In this document: piece after piece, positions 58,989 through 64,000 of the stretch | Layout of the letters: every line of letters starts with the position of its first letter | Position numbering within the stretch: the stretch's first letter is position 1 | DNA from: Candidatus Yonathbacteria bacterium RIFCSPLOWO2_01_FULL_47_33b | GTDB taxonomy: Bacteria; Patescibacteriota; Minisyncoccia; Phycocordibacterales; UBA1550 | Length of the DNA stretch: 64,000 nt | Direction of reading: 5' to 3' | Assembly (NCBI GenBank): GCA_001823575.1 | Contig: MHUW01000007.1 | Span: forward strand, 24,223-88,222 | Translations under genes and position numbers: made by a program | Notes under the pieces: generated by a model | What the model was told of the DNA's origin: nothing | The model's input: only the letters and a program-made list of their open reading frames with translations | The model's database searches: none

Positions 58989-59006
58989 GTGATTTTGCAA
59001 AATCAC
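58989..59006. promoter_or_regulatory. 18-bp perfect palindrome GTGATTTTGCAAAATCAC abutting the parB start
   Basis: Read directly. Does not match the canonical parS. Confidence 0.45.
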
Positions 59007-59175
59007 GTCGCGCAGTGTCCATTAAAGCGCGACGCAAAAATTAATTTCGTGTGCACTCATCTTACCATAAGAAATCTCTCGCGCAAAAAATTTCTTTTCA
59101 TGTGTTGACTGTCCACTGAAATCGTGATACTTTAACGGCAGGTTAGTTGTTCTTAAAAATTCTGAGGAGGTTCCC

Positions 59176-60063
59176 ATGGACCACCCTAATCCCAAAACGG
59201 TCCAACGAATGCTGGACCGCAGTGTTGCTATGATTAAAAATCATGCGCGCTTCGTGATTGTCATCGACAAACACGGCTTACCCATCTCGTATTCAAAAAA
59301 GGAGTCCTATGGTTTGAACATCATTGCCATAATTGGTGAGAGCGTTATCAACGATACACTCTTTCCAGAGGCTGTTCTCATGGAAATCGGCATCTGGCGC
59401 ACAAAACCTTATCGTTCAGCAAACGCCCCTATGGGTTATGCAGAAAAAAGGCTAAATCTCAGGTACCGCACAAAGGGGGGCGACCTCACTGCGGAACAAT
59501 TTGGCAACCTTGCTCCGTTCCTTAATGACATCATTACAGCAGAAGCAACGCGGGTTATAGAACGTTGGAAATCAACCGAACCATGGGTCGTCCCTGTTGG
59601 CGACACCTGGAAAACATACGAACGAGGAGTTTGTTTCTCATGTTCGTACGCAGACCAGGCATTATTTGCGGCAGTTCTTCGTGCAGACAGGCGACATCGG
59701 GATAACCTTGCAGACCGGTCAAAGTTCATCAACGACGTGCTTCGACCGCTGAAATATGTAGTCTATCCTGATAATGCACTTAAACGCATGACCTCGGTAA
59801 GAAAAGTAATTGACTCACTAAAAGACAATCCTGTTCCACCGTATCATTTTTCATTTCTTGAGAAACGAATACAAAAGCAGGTTCTCTTTCGCGATATCGC
59901 CGAGCTTTTCAAGCTTGTTGATTTTGAGAAAGTCCATTACTTTGACCAGCTGTTTAAAGAGTACCCTAACAAGGTGCGCTTTACTGACGGATCTATTCGT
60001 GTAAAAACAGAGCGTGAACAAAAAGGCTATCTGGTCTTTGAGTTCATTCCCCCAAAAATGTAA
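59176..60063 (+). CDS. hypothetical protein (295 aa)
   Basis: SD GAGGAGG. Preceded by a TTGACT promoter-like box. No domain recognised. Confidence 0.55.
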   Translation: MDHPNPKTVQRMLDRSVAMIKNHARFVIVIDKHGLPISYSKKESYGLNIIAIIGESVINDTLFPEAVLMEIGIWRTKPYRSANAPMGYAEKRLNLRYRTKGGDLTAEQFGNLAPFLNDIITAEATRVIERWKSTEPWVVPVGDTWKTYERGVCFSCSYADQALFAAVLRADRRHRDNLADRSKFINDVLRPLKYVVYPDNALKRMTSVRKVIDSLKDNPVPPYHFSFLEKRIQKQVLFRDIAELFKLVDFEKVHYFDQLFKEYPNKVRFTDGSIRVKTEREQKGYLVFEFIPPKM

Positions 60064-60072
60064 GGAGGTTGT

Positions 60073-61002
60073 ATGGCTCTCAAACTCACCTGGGACGAAG
60101 GAAAGGCCCGAAGCCTTGTACTTGGGTTTCATGCTGCATACCAGACACACACGCACCTTTTTAAAAATGTGCATGCAATGAATGGCGATGCACCGCAGCA
60201 CAAGTATCTTCCTTCGGGTGTTGCAAAAGGATCTCCCGAGCATGTCTTGTTTCTCTTTTTTGCAACAATGCTCACGTATCGTTCTCTTAGCGAAATGGGA
60301 TTCAAACAGGCAGTAGATCTCTACGAGAAAAAGCTACATCTTTTTTCTGGAGCTGCAGCTAATCTTTCGGAAAAGGAACTTTATGCAGTGTTCAAGGAAG
60401 TTGGTTTTGTTCATCCATCGCAGGTAGCAAAAAACTGGCCTCGCGTTGCGGGTGAACTCTTTCAGATGTATGAGGGAAATCCACTTACCATATTCACAAA
60501 AGGAGTGACCATAGATGGCGTGATGAAACTCAAAAAAGGTCCGAAAGGCACCATGCTCTTCCCTGGATATGGACCGAAGCTTTTCAGCCTTCTCTCTATC
60601 TTTTACGAGGAGCTGGGAGTTATGCCTCATATCCGTGGTGCATTCCCGGTGGACTTGCATGTTCAACGCATTTTTATTTCTTCTAATGTCGTTACGGGTG
60701 CAGGAACGATGGATGCAGCAGAGATTGCCGAATTCATTCGTGTCCGCCTGAGTGAGCTCTGTTACGAGCTTGATATCAAGCCGCTCGACCTGTCTCACGC
60801 ACTCTGGTTTCTTGGAAATAAATTATGCACAAAATGCGACAAGGTCAAGGGTATCAAATCTGGCTGTCCTGTTGAAGAAATGTGTAGCGGCGGTATCCCA
60901 TCGCTTAGCTACAACAAAACCGGCAGATGGGAGCTCGATGTTCCGCGAAAAGAAAAAGGGCATCCGTTTCATGGATCGCACCAAGTCATATTGTTCTCTT
61001 AA
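60073..61002 (+). CDS. divergent HhH-GPD superfamily DNA glycosylase-like protein with C-terminal Cys4 cluster and a 170-aa N-terminal extension
   Basis: FPGYGPK (HhH hairpin), FPVDLHVQRI, LDLSHALWFLG and CTKC...C.....C resemble the EndoIII-type layout. Confidence 0.5.
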   Translation: MALKLTWDEGKARSLVLGFHAAYQTHTHLFKNVHAMNGDAPQHKYLPSGVAKGSPEHVLFLFFATMLTYRSLSEMGFKQAVDLYEKKLHLFSGAAANLSEKELYAVFKEVGFVHPSQVAKNWPRVAGELFQMYEGNPLTIFTKGVTIDGVMKLKKGPKGTMLFPGYGPKLFSLLSIFYEELGVMPHIRGAFPVDLHVQRIFISSNVVTGAGTMDAAEIAEFIRVRLSELCYELDIKPLDLSHALWFLGNKLCTKCDKVKGIKSGCPVEEMCSGGIPSLSYNKTGRWELDVPRKEKGHPFHGSHQVILFS

Positions 61003-61067
61003 GCACAGCAGGGCCTAAAAACCCTGCTGTTTTTATATAAAACCCTTACCATATGGGCTTTTCTAGC

Positions 61068-61098
61068 CCTTGACTTTTTCACAAAAAGGTGCTATCAT
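61068..61098 (+). promoter_or_regulatory. sigma70 promoter TTGACT-16-TATCAT
   Basis: Read directly. Followed by SD AGGAGGG and the ATG at 61130. Confidence 0.55.
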
Positions 61099-61129
61099 AT
61101 ATATAGTCAATTCTTTATAGGAGGGTGTC

Positions 61130-61426
61130 ATGCCCGACATCTATCGCACGGTAGCAGATGCCGTATCCACAGTACTTCGTGAAAACAACTGCACATTTGA
61201 TGCAGCATTCTCGGCGGTAATGCAGAACTACAAACACCTTGACTGGACAACTACTCGCCGTGAAGTTGGAAGCATGCTTGGCAAACGAAAAAAACGCAAG
61301 CCAAGCAAGGTGAAAATACCCAAGCAGTTAGATCTTTTGTTCGGCCGCCCACGAGATGAAGTTCTCGCCGACGCAGCAGAACAAGAAGCAAACCTAACCC
61401 GCGGAATCCCCGCACACGACCTTTAA
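61130..61426 (+). CDS. hypothetical protein (98 aa)
   Basis: Strong promoter plus SD. Confidence 0.55.
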   Translation: MPDIYRTVADAVSTVLRENNCTFDAAFSAVMQNYKHLDWTTTRREVGSMLGKRKKRKPSKVKIPKQLDLLFGRPRDEVLADAAEQEANLTRGIPAHDL

Positions 61427-61481
61427 GCGGCACCCCTGGTGTCGCTTTTTTCTTTCCGTTCCCCGTGCTATTCTTGTCATT

Positions 61482-61730
61482 ATGTCAGGGCAAATTGCAA
61501 CCACATTTCTCGGTAATGACCTCGTTTGGTGGACGGGTATTTTGGGAGGGGTATTTTTTCTCCTCCTCCTCGTTACCGCGCTCGTCAAACAATACAACTG
61601 GAATATTTTTATGAAGTGGCAGATCCCCCTCACCCCGCTCCATCACTGGTTCGGCTGGCTCACGATGGGGTTTCTCTTTGTGCATTTCCTCCTCGCCATC
61701 TTCCAATTTAATTTCCATGTCTTTTTTTAG
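61482..61730 (+). CDS. small membrane protein with conserved His residues (possible ferric-reductase-like heme-binding stub)
   Basis: Two TM helices with HHWFGW...H. The stop overlaps the start of the next gene. Confidence 0.45.
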   Translation: MSGQIATTFLGNDLVWWTGILGGVFFLLLLVTALVKQYNWNIFMKWQIPLTPLHHWFGWLTMGFLFVHFLLAIFQFNFHVFF

Positions 61731-62439
61731 TATCATCAAGAACTGGTTCACCGAAGCACCTCATTTCGAGGGCACTATTACCGCAACCGAGCTCATAGGC
61801 TCACGCATTCAAAAAGTCACCATCAGCCTCCCTTCCCCCGTTGCTACACAATTCCCCGTCGGGTGCTATGTGCAAGCGATGACTTCAGGTGTCGTTCCCC
61901 GAGCATACTCTGTTGCGACGGCGGACACTACTTCATTCACCCTTTTGGTGAGCTTTGGTGGACGGGGTGCAGGGGCACGTTTTTTTGCCGATACTCCTGT
62001 TGGTACAGTAGTAAAATGTTATGGCCCTTTTGATGATTTCCCGTATCGTGCAGGTACTGGCCGTTCAAAAATATTTTTTGCCACCTCGACCGGCGTCGCA
62101 CCGTTTCGTCGTATGGTTGAAGAAGCACTGAATGAGGGTCTCGAAGCAACGCTCATTCTTGGTACCCCAAAAGAATCTGATATTGCGTTCAGAAGTGATT
62201 TTGAGGAAATTGCGCGTACTAATCCTTACTTTCATTTCATCCCCGTCCTCTCGGCGAGCGACCCCTTATGGCAAGGAGCCCGAGGTTATGTAACTGACCA
62301 AGTTAGCGGCAAAACAGAGCTTCTCCGTAAGTCTGACATCTATATCTGCGGAGTACCCATGATGACCTTGAGTGTCCTTAACATCCTTAAAAAAGAAGGA
62401 GTACCGGAAGCGCAGATATTTGTGCAAAAATTTGGCTAG
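61717..62439 (+). CDS. FNR-like FAD/NAD(P)-binding oxidoreductase domain protein
   Basis: RAYSVA (RxYS FAD motif), ATSTGVAPF (NAD motif) and YICGVPMM. The track start 61678 is upstream, so the ATG at 61717 is preferred. Confidence 0.7.
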   Translation: MSFFSIIKNWFTEAPHFEGTITATELIGSRIQKVTISLPSPVATQFPVGCYVQAMTSGVVPRAYSVATADTTSFTLLVSFGGRGAGARFFADTPVGTVVKCYGPFDDFPYRAGTGRSKIFFATSTGVAPFRRMVEEALNEGLEATLILGTPKESDIAFRSDFEEIARTNPYFHFIPVLSASDPLWQGARGYVTDQVSGKTELLRKSDIYICGVPMMTLSVLNILKKEGVPEAQIFVQKFG

Positions 62440-62443
62440 CAGG

Positions 62444-62529
62444 GTATACCCCCACACCTATTTTTTGCACTATCAAATCGCTAACGTTCGACAAAAAGTG
62501 CTATGCAAAAAATAGGTGTGGGGGTATAC
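62444..62529. repeat. MITE-like element, copy B (TIR GTATACCCCCACACCTATTTTTT, 40-bp spacer)
   Basis: Same TIRs as 17586-17678 with different internal sequence. Confidence 0.7.
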
Positions 62530-62538
62530 TTATCACAT

Positions 62539-63006
62539 ATGGAACACTCAAAAGAAACAATCTACGAAGGGATTCTGCGCGTGAGGCAGTACGGGGTCTT
62601 TTTAGCCCTCGCATTTGCAGTACTTCATATTCTAGCATTTCTTTCCATACAATGGATCGAGCGCAACGAGATTCGCCAAGAACTCGTCCAATGGTCGCAG
62701 ACACTTCCCAAAGTAGACCCGGCTGAACCTGCAAAGGAGCTTCATCTCCCCGAGGACATCCTTGCTCTTCATGTAGACAAACTTGAACGCACCGGTTTTT
62801 ATGAAATGAAGACTGACAAAGAATATCTCGCATACGCAAACCCAAACAACAACTACATCCTCGCAAAATCAGAAGAGTCCGCCAAACACGAGGTATTACA
62901 CTTTGCAACCATATTGGGCATGCTTTTCGTCGGTGACCTCCTTCTTCTCCTTGGGTGGTGGAGATTCACCCGCTCGAAGGTTCAGGAATTATTTGAAGTA
63001 GCATAA
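62539..63006 (+). CDS. hypothetical membrane protein (2 TM)
   Basis: The track start 62503 lies inside the repeat element, so the ATG at 62539 is preferred. Confidence 0.45.
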   Translation: MEHSKETIYEGILRVRQYGVFLALAFAVLHILAFLSIQWIERNEIRQELVQWSQTLPKVDPAEPAKELHLPEDILALHVDKLERTGFYEMKTDKEYLAYANPNNNYILAKSEESAKHEVLHFATILGMLFVGDLLLLLGWWRFTRSKVQELFEVA

Positions 63007-63010
63007 TCAC

Positions 63011-63586
63011 ATGACCCCTTTCAAAAAAAATCTTCAACGTTTCTTTATTCTCTTTTTCTCGACACTGTCTGTGGGTATTATTATCGTCGGCGTAAACCGC
63101 GCAAAAAAAGTACCGACACTTGGTGAAGCCCCAACACCACTCACCCCAACACCTGACCAAGGCACAGCAGGAACTCCTGGGACCATGGTTGCTGGTACAA
63201 CGGTTTCTATAACTGGCAAAACATATCAGACGCCGTACGGCAACGTCACCGCTGCTATCCAAGTAAAAGACGGTAAAGTTGTTGGTGTGACCATGCCTCA
63301 GGTTCCCAATTCCCCACCATCAATCTACGCAGAGTCTTACCTCGTCGACCAAGCTATTAAAGCAGGTGGAGCAAATATCCAGGGTGTTTCTGGCGCCACC
63401 TACACAAGCCTTGCTTTCAAGTCATCGCTCGAAAGTGCAATAGCACAAGCAAAAACACAGGGACAGACCATTACCACAGGCACCGCATCTACTGGGTCGA
63501 GCGCTGTCGCTCCAGGACCCAAGCCTTCAGTTCCTCTACAGTATCGTGGTGACGATGACGATGAGGGCGAAGAGTGGGACGACTAA
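63011..63586 (+). CDS. membrane-anchored FMN_bind-domain protein with acidic C-tail
   Basis: N-terminal TM. Flavinylation-type motif GVSGATYTS. Confidence 0.75.
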   Translation: MTPFKKNLQRFFILFFSTLSVGIIIVGVNRAKKVPTLGEAPTPLTPTPDQGTAGTPGTMVAGTTVSITGKTYQTPYGNVTAAIQVKDGKVVGVTMPQVPNSPPSIYAESYLVDQAIKAGGANIQGVSGATYTSLAFKSSLESAIAQAKTQGQTITTGTASTGSSAVAPGPKPSVPLQYRGDDDDEGEEWDD

Positions 63587-63604
63587 TTTCGTCGCCCTGT
63601 CTCT

Positions 63605-64000
63605 ATGGAAAATAAAATCTTACATCGCCTCTTTCACACAATGGGTATCGCTGTGCATTGCACATTCATCGGCATCAGTGACAAAGATGCCGACATACGC
63701 ACCGCCGAAGCAGAGAAAATTTTTAGTTCCTACGACGAGCGCTTTAGTCGCTTCAAAGAAACGAGTGAGCTTCATCGCTTAAATACAAGCAATGGTATAC
63801 CACAAAAAGTAAGCATCGAGATGTTTCAGGTAATCAAGGAATGCGTCATGCTTTCCAAAGAAACGAGTGGCGCCTTTGATCCGTCGGTCGGTAGCATCCT
63901 CGCCTCGTACGGATACGGGCTCCCTGCAAATTTTATCCTGCCCGATACCATCCCTACCTACGAGAGTATTGTATTTAACAATCAAGACCTCGAGATTACC
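63605..64000 (+). CDS. apbE: ApbE-family FAD:protein FMN transferase, 3'-truncated by window end
   Basis: Manual translation MENKILHRLFHTMGIAVHCTFIG...AFDPSVG matches the ApbE N-terminus. Continues past the window end. Confidence 0.7.
   Translation, partial: MENKILHRLFHTMGIAVHCTFIGISDKDADIRTAEAEKIFSSYDERFSRFKETSELHRLNTSNGIPQKVSIEMFQVIKECVMLSKETSGAFDPSVGSILASYGYGLPANFILPDTIPTYESIVFNNQDLEIT

Overview
The window looks like a bacterial chromosomal segment from a small-genome, Patescibacteria/CPR-like organism. This is inferred from many small hypothetical proteins, frequent absence of Shine-Dalgarno sequences, near-leaderless promoters and trimmed versions of housekeeping proteins. No taxonomy can be proven from the sequence alone. 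Housekeeping content includes uvrA, uvrB and a short uvrC in separate places, tgt, folA, a zwf-gnd-cyclase-ROK kinase operon, an alpha-glucan locus (GT4/5 synthase, GH57, GH15), rsuA-like, dgkA, two P-type ATPases, sulP, dnaX, dus, serS, dprA, topA, a short rel, parB and one tRNA-Gln. The most unusual part is a roughly 12.5 kb accessory island (33.6-46.1 kb) next to tRNA-Gln. It carries a MmeI-like Type IIG RM enzyme, HNH and NYN nucleases, a DUF2779 nuclease coupled to a RhuM-Doc/Fic fusion, a wHTH-GHKL-DUF4325 protein coupled to a small MazG, and a frameshifted dinB. A partial direct repeat of the tRNA 3' end lies nearby. Other points of interest are a PaaX-like regulator flanked by two identical 40-bp perfect palindromes within the alpha-glucan locus, two copies of a MITE-like inverted-repeat element, a 46-bp perfect palindrome, a candidate small RNA, and a terminal cluster that looks like an extracytosolic flavinylation/electron-transfer module (heme-like membrane stub + FNR-like reductase + FMN_bind + ApbE). 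No CRISPR arrays, rRNA genes or transposase/integrase genes were seen. Coordinates of elements I placed by hand may be off by 1-2 nt.
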